DNA of 64,000 nt from an uncultured Actinomycetes bacterium (GTDB taxonomy: Bacteria; Actinomycetota; Actinomycetes; Streptosporangiales; Streptosporangiaceae): NCBI GenBank assembly GCA_963790065.1, contig CAWBNK010000028.1, positions 36,312 through 100,311 of the forward strand, given 5' to 3'. Numbering within the stretch: position 1 is the stretch's first letter; every line of letters begins with the position of its first letter. The notes beneath the pieces are model-generated. The model saw nothing but the letters and a program-made list of their open reading frames with translations. It was not told the DNA's origin and searched no databases. This document shows positions 36,717 to 45,524 of this stretch, piece by piece. A program made the translations under genes and the position numbers.

Positions 36717-37190
36717 GTGACCGGAGCGGAGCGCCCTGACGCCCAGACCCCGCCCGAGCCCGACGAGGCGATGCGGGCCCGGGTACAGGCCAGCATCGAA
36801 CGCCAGGGGATGATGAAGACGCTGGGCGTGGAGCTGATCGCCGTCCAGCGCGGCCGGGTGGAGCTGGCCCTGCGGCATGACGAGCGGTTCACCCAGCAGC
36901 ACGGGTTCCTGCACGCCGGGGCGGTCGCCGCGGTGCTCGACAGCGCCTGCGGCTACGCGGCCTACAGCACGATGCGGCCCGGGGCCGAGGTGCTGACCGC
37001 GACGTACACCATCAACCTGCTGGCGCCCGCCGCCGGGGACAGGTTCGCGATCACCGGCCAGGTCATCCGGGCGGGCCGGACCCTGGTGGTCTGCCGCGGG
37101 GAGGCGTTCGCCGAGGGCGCCGCGGCCCCGTTCGCGGTCATGCAGGCCACCATGATGGCGCTGTACGACCGGCCCGGCCTCAGCGGCTAG
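36717..37190 (+). CDS. PaaI-family (hotdog fold) thioesterase
   Basis: 157 aa: GMMKTLGVELIAVQRGRVELALRHDERFTQQHGFLHAGAVAAVLDSACGYAA...GQVIRAGRTLVVCRGEAF. The start could be GTG 36717 or ATG 36771. Confidence 0.8.
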   Translation: MTGAERPDAQTPPEPDEAMRARVQASIERQGMMKTLGVELIAVQRGRVELALRHDERFTQQHGFLHAGAVAAVLDSACGYAAYSTMRPGAEVLTATYTINLLAPAAGDRFAITGQVIRAGRTLVVCRGEAFAEGAAAPFAVMQATMMALYDRPGLSG

Positions 37191-37969
37191 GCGCCGCGGT
37201 CGGCCAGAGTCGGGGCGGAGCGGTCGGCCAGAGTCGGGGCGGAGCGGTTTGCCAGAGCCGGGGCGGACCAGCGCAGGGCGGCGGCGACCAGGCGGTCGGC
37301 CCGCTCGCGGGCGGCCGGCTCCTGGCGGATGGTCTCGGCCACGAGCTGGTCGGGATCCACCCCGGCGCGTTCGGCGTCGCGGCTGCTGCCCGCGTCCAGC
37401 CAGCGCTTGACCCGGGCCCCGTCGACCTCCGGGTGGAACTGGACGGCCAGGTGCCTGCCGATGCCGAAGGCCTGCACCCCGACCGGGTTGCGGGCCAGCA
37501 CGGTGGCGTGCGGCGGCGGGAGGCAGCGGTCACCGTGGAACTCCAGCCAGGGGCCGGCCGGGATCCCCTCGGAGCTGGCCGGGATCGCTTCGGGGCCGGA
37601 CGGGATCGTCTCGGGGCCGGCCGGCTCGACGGTGTACCAGCCGATCTCCTTGCGTGCCATGGCCTCGACCCGGCCGCCGAAGGCGGCGCAGATGGCCTGG
37701 GCGCCGAAGCAGATGCCCAGCAGGGGCACCCCGGCCTGGTCGGCCGCGCGCAGCCAGTCCAGCTCGCGGGCGATCCAGGGGTCCGGGTCGTTGACCGAGC
37801 TGACCGCGCCGAGCACCACCACGTAGTCGGCGCCGTCCAGGGCGGGCAGCGGCGCGGCGCCGTCGGGGTACAGGTGGACGTCCAGTTCGGCGCCCCGGGC
37901 GGCCAGCGCGTCCGCCACGAAACCGGCCGAGTCGATGTCGTGGTGCCGGATGACGAGGACCCGGCTCAT
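37187..37969 (-). CDS. Class I glutamine amidotransferase-like protein with a repeat C-terminal tail
   Basis: ATG at 37969 gives MSRVLVIRHHDIDSAGF...VPLLGICFGAQAI (nucleophile elbow)...QFHPE. The tail has three SAPTLADR repeats. Confidence 0.8.
   Translation of the reverse strand: MSRVLVIRHHDIDSAGFVADALAARGAELDVHLYPDGAAPLPALDGADYVVVLGAVSSVNDPDPWIARELDWLRAADQAGVPLLGICFGAQAICAAFGGRVEAMARKEIGWYTVEPAGPETIPSGPEAIPASSEGIPAGPWLEFHGDRCLPPPHATVLARNPVGVQAFGIGRHLAVQFHPEVDGARVKRWLDAGSSRDAERAGVDPDQLVAETIRQEPAARERADRLVAAALRWSAPALANRSAPTLADRSAPTLADRGA
37196..37267. repeat. 3 x 24-bp tandem repeat at the amidotransferase 3' end
   Basis: GCGGTCGGCCAGAGTCGGGGCGGA x2 plus a diverged third copy. Confidence 0.9.
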
Positions 37970-38244
37970 GACGTGCCGTACCCCGCCTGGCTCAGCATGC
38001 GGCGCAGGTCGACGACCATCTGGGCGTCGATGTCCTTGCCGGCCGGCGGCTCGAGGAACGCGGCCTCGGACCCGACCCGGACGGATACCTTGCCGTCGTG
38101 CCGCGCGTCGACCGTGCCCACCGCCTCGAGCAGCGAGATCACCGCGTGCCATTCGATGTTGTGGCTCGCGGGATGGGCGAAGATCTGGTGCAGCGTGTTC
38201 CGGTGACGGTTGTCAAGGTGCTGTGATTCCGGCGAGGATGACAT
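37966..38244 (-). CDS. Hypothetical 92-aa protein translationally coupled to the amidotransferase
   Basis: MSSSPESQHLDNRHRNTLHQIFAHPASHNIEWHAVISLLEAVG... High GC3, and an ATGA overlap with the downstream gene. No function recognised. Confidence 0.55.
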   Translation of the reverse strand: MSSSPESQHLDNRHRNTLHQIFAHPASHNIEWHAVISLLEAVGTVDARHDGKVSVRVGSEAAFLEPPAGKDIDAQMVVDLRRMLSQAGYGTS

Positions 38245-39077
38245 TCGTGCTCCCTTCTGGGCCGACCCTATGCCGGGGCGGCCATGTACTGGTGATCGGG
38301 GTCGACGGCGTGCGGTTCGACGTGCTCGGGCCGGAGGCCACCCCGTGGATCTGGGCGTTCGGCCGGGCCGGCTTCCTGGTCCCGGTGCCCATCGACGAGG
38401 ACACGCCCACCTGGTCGGGGCCGTGCTGGGCCACGATCGTGACCGGCCGCAGCGTGGCCGAGCACGGCGTCACCGGCAACGACCTGACCGGCCACCGGCT
38501 GGCCGAGTACCCGGACTTCGTCACGCTGGCCACCCGGGCCGGGCTGCCCACGCTGCTGGCCATCGGCGGCTGGCCGCCGCTGGCCCTGGCCGAGGACGGC
38601 GGCCCGCTGTTCGCCGAGGCCACCCGGCGTGAGTTCGTGCCCGTGACCGAGCGCAGCGTGGCGGGCTGGGACGCCGCCGACGAGACGGCCACCGCGCTGG
38701 CCACAGGGGTGCTGGCCGGACCCGGGGTGCCCCGGCTGTCCTTCGTGTACCTAAGCGCGGTCGACATCACCGGGCACGTCACCGGGGCCGGGGCGGCCTA
38801 CCGGGCGGCGGCCCAGGTCGCCGACGAGCGAATCGGGCGGCTGCTGGCCGCGGTCCGGTCCCGCCCGGCCGAGGAGGCCTGGACGGTCGTGATCGTGACC
38901 GACCACGGTCACCTCGACGGCGGCGGGCACGGCGGCCGCGAGCCCGAGGTGACGATGGCCTGGGCCGCCGCGGCCGGGCCGGGCATCGACCCGGGCGGTC
39001 CGGCGCCGGTCACCCGCCAGGTTGAGATCGCGCCGATGGTGCTGGCCGGACTCGGTTGGCCACCAGGTCCAGGCTGA
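38238..39077 (+). CDS. Alkaline-phosphatase-superfamily nucleotide pyrophosphatase/phosphodiesterase-like protein
   Basis: VLVIGVDGVRFD, PTWSGPCWATIVTG, YLSAVDITGH, IVTDHGH. The start is uncertain: ATG 38238 would overlap the divergent gene's start by 7 nt. Confidence 0.7.
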   Translation: MTFVLPSGPTLCRGGHVLVIGVDGVRFDVLGPEATPWIWAFGRAGFLVPVPIDEDTPTWSGPCWATIVTGRSVAEHGVTGNDLTGHRLAEYPDFVTLATRAGLPTLLAIGGWPPLALAEDGGPLFAEATRREFVPVTERSVAGWDAADETATALATGVLAGPGVPRLSFVYLSAVDITGHVTGAGAAYRAAAQVADERIGRLLAAVRSRPAEEAWTVVIVTDHGHLDGGGHGGREPEVTMAWAAAAGPGIDPGGPAPVTRQVEIAPMVLAGLGWPPGPG

Positions 39078-39711
39078 ACGCGCCGGCCAGCACCACCGCG
39101 GTGCCGACCGCCGCGCCCGCCACGATATCGGTGACGTAGTGCGCGCCGTTGGCCACCATCGCGGCGGACACCGCCGCCGCCAGCAGCAGCGCGGCCAGGA
39201 CCGCGACCAGGCGGACGGATCCCGGCACCCGGCCCGCCGGGCCGGCCAGCAGCAGCGCGCAGAGCGCGGCCAGCGCGAACGAGCTGGTGGCGTGGCCGCT
39301 GGGGAAGCCCTGGCCGAGGGCGTTGCCGACGGTGGGCTTGAGCACGTACTCGGTCAGGCCGATTGCCACGAGCGGGGCCAGGGCGGCCAGCACGGCGCCG
39401 GTCCAGCGGCGGGCGGCCAGGAACGCGAAGACCAGGGCCAGGGTCATCAGGGTCACCGGGACCTTGGTGCCCAGGTCGGGCAGCCAGTTCAGCAGCAACG
39501 GAAACCGGCTCAGGGCGGAGGCGATCCGCGGGTCGAGCGCCGAGTCCGGCCAGGCTGGCTTGGGCCGCCCGGCCAGGTAGAGGGCCAGGCCGCACGGGAC
39601 TACCACGCACGCCGCCAGCAGCACGGCGACCCGCCGCCGCAGGTGCCCCGGCAGCAGAAGCCGCGGCACGGGCTCACGCGGCGGAACGCGGTGCCGGGTC
39701 CCCAGCTGCAT
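39010..39711 (-). CDS. PAP2-family membrane phosphatase
   Basis: Motifs KPTVGNA, PSGHATS and GAHYVTDIVAG, with multiple TM segments. The 3' end overlaps the convergent gene by 68 nt. Confidence 0.8.
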   Translation of the reverse strand: MQLGTRHRVPPREPVPRLLLPGHLRRRVAVLLAACVVVPCGLALYLAGRPKPAWPDSALDPRIASALSRFPLLLNWLPDLGTKVPVTLMTLALVFAFLAARRWTGAVLAALAPLVAIGLTEYVLKPTVGNALGQGFPSGHATSSFALAALCALLLAGPAGRVPGSVRLVAVLAALLLAAAVSAAMVANGAHYVTDIVAGAAVGTAVVLAGAFSLDLVANRVRPAPSARSQPGG

Positions 39712-39757
39712 TAACTCAGCGTATGCGGCCGCGCGACTGCCCGGGGCGGGCGCGGGC

Positions 39758-40955
39758 TCAGCCCGCCGGGCGCAGCGGGATGAAGCGCCTGGCCTTGCCG
39801 GTCAGCCGGTCGCGGTCGAGCGCCTCGACCCGGCGCAGGCTGACCTGCGGGCCTGGCACTCCGGCCTGGCGCAGGGCGTCCTCGACGGCGGCGGTCACCG
39901 CGGTGTCGTCGAAGTCACGATCGGCCACGGCGGTGACCTCGGCACCGGCCTCGGTCTGCCGGACCTGGAACTCGCGGATGGCGGGGGCCCGGGCCAGGAC
40001 CGCGCCGATCACGAAGGGGTGCACGCTCACGGTGGCGTAACGGAACAGGTCGTCGGCGCGGCCGTCGACTCGGGCCCGTAGCAGGCCGCCGCCGGTGGGC
40101 CGGGCGGGCGTGAACCGGTCAGTCAGCTCGTACCTGATGAGCGGCTGGGTCAGGTTATGCAGGTTCGTGACCAGCACCTTGGACGAGGCGGTACCGGCCG
40201 GGACGGGATGGCCCTGGTCGTCCACGCACTCGGCGATACAGGTATCGCTGGCGAAAGTGAACGCGGGCCAGTTCGGCCAGCTTGGCCGCGTAGCCCATCA
40301 GGATGGGCGGCTGGGCGGCGTTCAGGCGGCGGACGATCTCGGCGGTGGGCAAGCCGGCCGGCGCGGAGACCATCCGGAGCGGGGGCGCGGTCGCCGTCGC
40401 CGCGGCCAGGCCGCTGGAGTGAACCGGCGAGCCCGCGCCCACGATGCCGATGACCAGGCCTTCCGGCGGCGCACCGCCGGCCATGAGCCTGCGGATGATC
40501 GTGCCGACGAAGTCCGCGTACTCGCCGAGGGCCTGGACGAAGATCCCGCGCAGCCCGGAGCTTCCGCCCGATACCAGGCAGACGTACTCGCCGAGCAGCA
40601 GCGACGGCTCGGCCACCGATCCGGCCAGGTGCCGCTCGACCAGGTCGCGGCTCAGCCGCGGGTCGGTGAGGGCCGAGTCGAAGTTCTCCATCATTTCGGC
40701 CTTGGTCATGACCGGCAGGCGGGCCAGGTCGGCCAGCTCGAACCGCGCCGGGTCGACACCGCGCAGGCGGGCAGCGTGGAAGGGCGAACACTCGATGGCG
40801 CGGGCCAGCAACTCCCGCAGCCGGCCACGCTGGAAGGCGGCCAGCTGCGCGGAACTCCAGCCGGCGCGCTGGAGATGGCCGGGCAGCCGCCCGCCGATGG
40901 CCCCGGACACGCGGCCCCGGAGCAGGTCAAGTTTGGTAACCGTGGCAGCGGTCAT
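39758..40955 (-). pseudogene. Phenylacetate-CoA ligase / F390-synthetase-like adenylating enzyme with an internal deletion and frameshift
   Basis: The N-part (ATG 40955, ATGA overlap with tetR) contains VSGGSSGLRG and runs to MGYAAKLAELA. The C-part (ORF 39758..40225 frame) resumes at FASDTCIAECVDDQGHPVPAGTASSKVLVTNLHNLTQPLIRYELTD. About 65 aa expected between them are absent and the frames differ. Confidence 0.55.
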
Positions 40956-41578
40956 GTTTCCTCCCGGGTGAGGACGGGTGCCAGGGCGAGCCGGGTGGCC
41001 AGCCAGCGGATCACGGGCAGGTCCGGACCGCCCAGGGCGTCCGGGTTGGCCTGCTGCTCCAGCGCGAGGCCGTTTTCGACCGCCAGCAGGAGCTCGGCCA
41101 GCTGACGCGGCGGGAGCGGGAGGCCCTGCTCGCCCCCCTCGCTGATCATGATCAGCGACCTGGCGATGCCCTCGACCGTCCGGCCGTGCACGGCCGCGTA
41201 CCGGCGGTTGAGCTCGGGATCCCGGGCGGCGTGGATCCGGAACTCGGTCAGCAGCAGCCGCCAGCCGGGCGCGGCCCCCTCGGCCTGCTGCACCAGGTCG
41301 ACCAGGGCGGCGAAGTTCCCCGTGCCCGCCAGGTCGCGGGCGGCTTGCGCGTTCTGCGCGGCCCGCTCGGTGATCCGGTCCTCGAGCAGGGCCAGGAACA
41401 TGTCGGCCTTGCTGGCGAACCGCGAGTACACCACGCCCTTGGAGAACCCGGCCTCGTCGGCGATCTGCTCCAGGGTGGCGGCGTAATAGCCCCGGGCCAG
41501 GAAGACCCGGCGGGCGGCGGCGAACAGGAGCGCGCGGTTGCGGTCGTTCTGTTCGGCCCGGGACAGGCGAGGGCTCAT
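40952..41578 (-). CDS. TetR/AcrR-family transcriptional regulator
   Basis: 208 aa. N-terminal HTH: RNRALLFAAARRVFLARGYYAATLEQIADEAGFSKGVVYSRFASKADMF. Confidence 0.9.
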   Translation of the reverse strand: MSPRLSRAEQNDRNRALLFAAARRVFLARGYYAATLEQIADEAGFSKGVVYSRFASKADMFLALLEDRITERAAQNAQAARDLAGTGNFAALVDLVQQAEGAAPGWRLLLTEFRIHAARDPELNRRYAAVHGRTVEGIARSLIMISEGGEQGLPLPPRQLAELLLAVENGLALEQQANPDALGGPDLPVIRWLATRLALAPVLTREET

Positions 41579-41604
41579 ACCGATGATATTTAAATACCAT
41601 CGGT
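41579..41604. promoter_or_regulatory. Candidate TetR operator
   Basis: 26-bp imperfect palindrome ACCGATGATATTTAAATACCATCGGT, immediately upstream of the tetR start codon. Confidence 0.5.
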
Positions 41605-41702
41605 ATTCTTGTCAAGAGCGAGGCAGGGAAAGGGCAGCGCGGGGAGACAGATACCACGGACCGTTCGGCCCAATAAGTAAGGAGCCCGGCCGGGGCGGGC
41701 GG

Positions 41703-42470
41703 TCAGGGGATGGTCAGGACCTGCGGGCCGCCGGCGGTGATGGCCACGGTGTGCTCGGCGTGGGCGGCGCGGCTGCCGTCGCCGCTGCGGATGGTCCAGC
41801 CGTCGTCGTCGATGAAGTAGCTGTCCTTGCCGCCGGCCAGGAACCAGGGCTCGATGGCGATGACCAGCCCGGGGGCCAGGCGGCGGCCGCGGCCCGGCGC
41901 GCCCTCGTTGGGGATGTGCGGGTCCTCGTGCATGGCCCGGCCCACGCCGTGGCCGCCGAAATCGGTGCAGATGCCGTAGCCGCCGGCCCGGCCCTCGGCG
42001 CCGATCGCGGCCGAGATGTCCCCGATCCGGGCGCCGGGCACGGCCGCCGCGATGCCCGCCCGCAGGGCGGCCTCGGTGACCGCGATCAGCTTGGCGTCGG
42101 CCGGGCGCGGCGGGCCGATGGTGAACGAGATCGCGGCGTCGGCGGCCCAGCCGTCCAGCACCGCCCCGCAGTCCACGCTGAGCAGGTCGCCGTCGGCGAG
42201 CCGGTACCGGTCCGGGATGCCGTGCAGCGCGGCGTCGTTGACCGACGTGCAGATGACCGCGGGGAACGGAACCGAGGCGAAGGACGGCCGGTAGCCCAGG
42301 AACGGCGAGGTGGCCCCGGCTGACGCGAGCACGTCGCGGGCCACCTGATCCAGCTCGGTCAGCCGCGTCCTGGCCTTGGCCTGGTCCCGGACCGCGGCCA
42401 GGATCTGCGCGACCACCCGGCCCGAGGCGCGCATGGCCTGGATCTCCCCCGGCGTCTTCATCTCGACCAC
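41703..42470 (-). CDS. map: Type I methionine aminopeptidase
   Basis: 255 aa: MKTPGEIQAMRASG...AVICTSVNDAALHGIP...DLLSVDCGA...GGHGVGRAMHEDPHIPN...IAIEP...HAEHTV (metal ligands D, D, H, E, E). Confidence 0.93.
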   Translation of the reverse strand: MVEMKTPGEIQAMRASGRVVAQILAAVRDQAKARTRLTELDQVARDVLASAGATSPFLGYRPSFASVPFPAVICTSVNDAALHGIPDRYRLADGDLLSVDCGAVLDGWAADAAISFTIGPPRPADAKLIAVTEAALRAGIAAAVPGARIGDISAAIGAEGRAGGYGICTDFGGHGVGRAMHEDPHIPNEGAPGRGRRLAPGLVIAIEPWFLAGGKDSYFIDDDGWTIRSGDGSRAAHAEHTVAITAGGPQVLTIP

Positions 42471-42520
42471 GGCGTGCCCCTCTCGTTGCGGTATAACTAT
42501 ACCGGTATTATTATCACGCT

Positions 42521-42793
42521 ATGGTCCGACCGCCACTGAGCCGTCTCGAGCACGCACGCGGGGAGCGGCTCGGCCTGCTGCTGCGGGAGGCCCGCGGGCC
42601 GCTCAGCATGGCCGAGGTCGCCGCGTTGTCCGGCGTTCCCGCGGAAACGCTGCGCAAGATCGAGACCGGCCGCATCGCCACGCCGGCGTTCTTCACCGTC
42701 GCCGCGCTGGCCGCCGCGCTCGGCCTGGACCTGGAACAGGTCGTCCGGCACTGCGCCGAGCCTGAGCAGACGCTGGCCGCCCGGGCCGGTTAG
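42521..42793 (+). CDS. XRE-family helix-turn-helix protein
   Basis: 90 aa: LGLLLREARGPLSMAEVAALSGVPAETLRKIETGR. The palindrome CGGTATAACTATACCG (42489-42504) and TATTAT lie 9 nt upstream of the ATG, so the transcript may be leaderless. Confidence 0.75.
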   Translation: MVRPPLSRLEHARGERLGLLLREARGPLSMAEVAALSGVPAETLRKIETGRIATPAFFTVAALAAALGLDLEQVVRHCAEPEQTLAARAG

Positions 42794-42851
42794 GCCTGCA
42801 CCGCCCGGGCAGGTTAGGCCAGCACCGCTCGGGCGGGTTAGGCCTGCAGGA
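42780..42851. repeat. 3 x 24-bp tandem repeat spanning two convergent stop codons
   Basis: CCCGGGC(C/A)GGTTAGGCC(T/A)GCACCG x2 plus CTCGGGCGGGTTAGGCCTGCAGGA. Copy 1 holds the XRE stop (TAG). Copy 3 holds the stop (TAA, reverse) of the M50B-like gene. Confidence 0.9.
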
Positions 42852-43491
42852 TCAGCATCCGGCCGCCGACGGCCACCGCAGCCAGGGTGGCGGCCAGCCA
42901 GATCAGGAACCAGATCAAGCCCGGGACGCCGGTCTTGCCGCGCAGCTTGTCGCCGTCGTCGGAACCGGTGCCGACCTCCAGCACCCGGCGGACCGCGGAC
43001 AGCAGGAGCAGCCAGGTGATGGCGTAGGCGGCGGTGACCTGGACTCCCATCGGGGTGAAGCGGACCAGGCCGAACACCAGGGCCCCGGTCAGGATGACGG
43101 TGATCAGGCCGAACGACAGGCGCAGCCCGACCAGCAGGAACGCCAGCAGGAAGAACACGATCCACAAGACCGTGGCGCTGTACCCGAGCACGATGAGCTT
43201 GGCCGCGCCGAGGCCGAACAGGCTCGGGCCCACGTAGCCCGCCAGGTGGATGAAGACGCCGCCCAGGCCGTTGGTCGGCACGTAGGTGCCGCCCTGGGCC
43301 TTCGCGTCCAGTTCGATGCCGTCGAAGTCGCGCAGCAGCAGCGCCGCGACCAGCGCGTGCGCGCCCTCGTGGGCCATCACGGTCAGGTGATGGATGATCC
43401 GCCAGCCCGCGTCCAGCAGGAGCAGGCCGAACGCGACCAGCCCGATCAGCGCGGCTTCCGCCCCGGGCAGCGGGGCCTGCGTCATGCCCAC
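42838..43491 (-). CDS. Peptidase M50B-like membrane protein
   Basis: 217 aa: HHLTVMAHEGAHALVA (HExxH inside a TM region), about 6 TM segments. Confidence 0.75.
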   Translation of the reverse strand: MGMTQAPLPGAEAALIGLVAFGLLLLDAGWRIIHHLTVMAHEGAHALVAALLLRDFDGIELDAKAQGGTYVPTNGLGGVFIHLAGYVGPSLFGLGAAKLIVLGYSATVLWIVFFLLAFLLVGLRLSFGLITVILTGALVFGLVRFTPMGVQVTAAYAITWLLLLSAVRRVLEVGTGSDDGDKLRGKTGVPGLIWFLIWLAATLAAVAVGGRMLILQA

Positions 43492-43542
43492 GCTTATGAC
43501 GCTAAATCGCAGATTACCGCCCGTCCAGAGCCGGCCGGGCGG

Positions 43543-44046
43543 TCAGCAGGTCAGGCTGACGGTCTGGTTCACGGGCGGCATGCCTTCGTCCTGGAACAAG
43601 CCCTGGTTAGTGCCGGCCGCGGGCACGCCCTGGAACGGCGAGCCGTCCGGGAACGCGTAGTGCAGCGAAGAGTACGCCTTGGTGTTCTTGCTGCAGGCCA
43701 CGATCTTGGAGGCGGTCACCCGGATCGGGACCGAGACCAGGTCGGCGGCGGCGCAGTCGTTGTAGGCGCACAGGTCGACCGTGGCCGAGCCCTTGGCGGT
43801 AGTGTCCGCCGTGCCCCAGCCGGACCAGACCAGGTTCCTGGCCGTGATGTCGTCGGTGCCGCAGACGACCAGCACGACATCCGGCTTGACCTGCAGGTTA
43901 CTGCCGCAGAAGCCCAGCGTGACCGACGGCGGAGGGGGTTTGGGGACCGGCTTCGGGACCGGCTTGGCGGCCTGGCTGCACGCGGTGAGCAGCAGCAGCG
44001 GGAGCAGCAGGATGGCCCAGGCCATGCGCTTCCTGGCTATCGGCAC
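43543..44046 (-). CDS. Lipoprotein of unknown function
   Basis: Signal peptide with lipobox LLLTAC, a PKPVPKPVPKPPPP linker and a Cys-rich ~120-aa domain. The start may be the second ATG (MAWAILLL). Confidence 0.65.
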   Translation of the reverse strand: MPIARKRMAWAILLLPLLLLTACSQAAKPVPKPVPKPPPPSVTLGFCGSNLQVKPDVVLVVCGTDDITARNLVWSGWGTADTTAKGSATVDLCAYNDCAAADLVSVPIRVTASKIVACSKNTKAYSSLHYAFPDGSPFQGVPAAGTNQGLFQDEGMPPVNQTVSLTC

Positions 44047-44138
44047 GCTTCCTGATTAGCATCCGGGAGACCGGAATGCGGTAACGGCGCGGTCACGATC
44101 GGGTCGCTACGGCGCCGGGGCTGGCCGGTGCTCGCGGA

Positions 44139-44537
44139 TCATGCTGCCGGTTCCGGATGCGGTGACAGGTGTTCGTGCACGGCGACCCAGCGGTCACCGT
44201 CGCGCTGGAACACGATGGTCTCTCGCTCGCTGACGGCCTGTTCACCAGCGCGGGTGCGGATCACGGTCGTGACGTCGTGGCTGAAGACGGCGGCATCGCC
44301 GAGGTCCTGGACGACGGGCTGCGCGGAGGTGCAGGACTGGACGCGGAAGTCATCTTGGTGTTCCCACTGCCTCCATAGCCGCTGGTATTCGTCCCGGGAT
44401 GCCAGCCTGGCGGCGCTGGTGTAGAAGATGAAGGTCGCGTCGGGGGCGAAGCAGTCGAAGTAGGCGGCGGTGTCGTGCCGCCCGAACGCCTGAACTAGGT
44501 GCCGCGCAGCGGCAAGGACCTCGTCGGTCGTGCTCAT
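44139..44537 (-). CDS. SnoaL-like / NTF2-fold (DUF4440-like) protein
   Basis: 132 aa: [30 protein letters not shown]...[14 protein letters not shown]-type overlap with the upstream arginase-family gene. Confidence 0.65.
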   Translation of the reverse strand: MSTTDEVLAAARHLVQAFGRHDTAAYFDCFAPDATFIFYTSAARLASRDEYQRLWRQWEHQDDFRVQSCTSAQPVVQDLGDAAVFSHDVTTVIRTRAGEQAVSERETIVFQRDGDRWVAVHEHLSPHPEPAA

Positions 44538-45511
44538 GGGGCGGCCTTCCTGGCGGCGAGGGCGGACAGGAGCTCGTAGCCGACGTGGGCGGCGGCGATG
44601 CCGGTGATCTGGGCGTGGTCGTAGGCAGGCGCGACCTCTACGATGTCGGCGCCGATGAGGTTCAGGCGGGCGAAGGATCGCAGCGTGGCCAGCAGTTCCC
44701 GGCTGGACAGGCCGCCCGCCTCCGGAGTGCCGGTGCCGGGAGCGTGCGCCGGGTCGAGCACGTCGATGTCGACCGAGACGTACACCGGCCGGTCACCGAC
44801 CCGCTGCTGTATGCGTTCCACCATGCCGGCCACGCCGAGCTGGTCCACGTCGGGCGCCGATATCACCTGGAAACCCAGATCGGTGTCTTCGGTGAGGTCG
44901 GCATCGGTGTACAGGGGGCCGCGGATCCCGGCGTGCAGGCAGCCGGTCCGGTCCAGGAGGCCTTCCTCGGACGCGCGGCGGAACGGGGTGCCGTGGGTGT
45001 AGGGGGCGCCGAAGTAGGTGTCCCAGGTGTCCAGGTGCGCATCGAAATGGACGACCGCCACCGGGCCGTGCACCGCCGACAGGGCCCGGAGCATCGGCAG
45101 CGCCACCGTGTGATCGCCGCCCAGCATCAGCACGAACCGCGCGCGTTCCAGCAGGGCACGCGCTCCCCGCTCGATGGTGGCGATCGCATCGTCGATGCTG
45201 AACGGGTTCACCGCGAGATCCCCCGCGTCGGCCACCTGCTGGACGGCGAACGGCGATACCTGCAGGGCCGGGTTGTAGGGGCGGAGCAGGCGGGATGATT
45301 CCCGGATGTGGGAGGGGCCGAAGCGGGCGCCTGGCCGGTAGCTGACCCCGCTGTCAAAGGGCACGCCCAGCACGGCGACATCGGCCTGCGGCACTTCATC
45401 GATCCGCGGCAGGCGGGCAAATGTGGCCTCCCCGGCGTAGCGGGGTACCACGGTGGCGTCCACCGGCCCGACGGTCTCGCCGGCGATGATCCGCGGAACA
45501 GGCTCGGTCAT
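44534..45511 (-). CDS. Arginase-family ureohydrolase (agmatinase / guanidino-acid hydrolase)
   Basis: 325 aa: [39 protein letters not shown] (Mn ligands). Confidence 0.88.
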   Translation of the reverse strand: MTEPVPRIIAGETVGPVDATVVPRYAGEATFARLPRIDEVPQADVAVLGVPFDSGVSYRPGARFGPSHIRESSRLLRPYNPALQVSPFAVQQVADAGDLAVNPFSIDDAIATIERGARALLERARFVLMLGGDHTVALPMLRALSAVHGPVAVVHFDAHLDTWDTYFGAPYTHGTPFRRASEEGLLDRTGCLHAGIRGPLYTDADLTEDTDLGFQVISAPDVDQLGVAGMVERIQQRVGDRPVYVSVDIDVLDPAHAPGTGTPEAGGLSSRELLATLRSFARLNLIGADIVEVAPAYDHAQITGIAAAHVGYELLSALAARKAAP

Positions 45512-45524
45512 GTCATTCCACCTC

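Noticed and set aside
40155-41657. 500-aa minus-strand ORF spanning tetR and the PaaK-like gene
   Set aside because: Its N-terminal 230 aa are an out-of-frame reading across the real TetR gene (40952..41578). Only the part from ATG 40955 onward is real, and that part then frameshifts.
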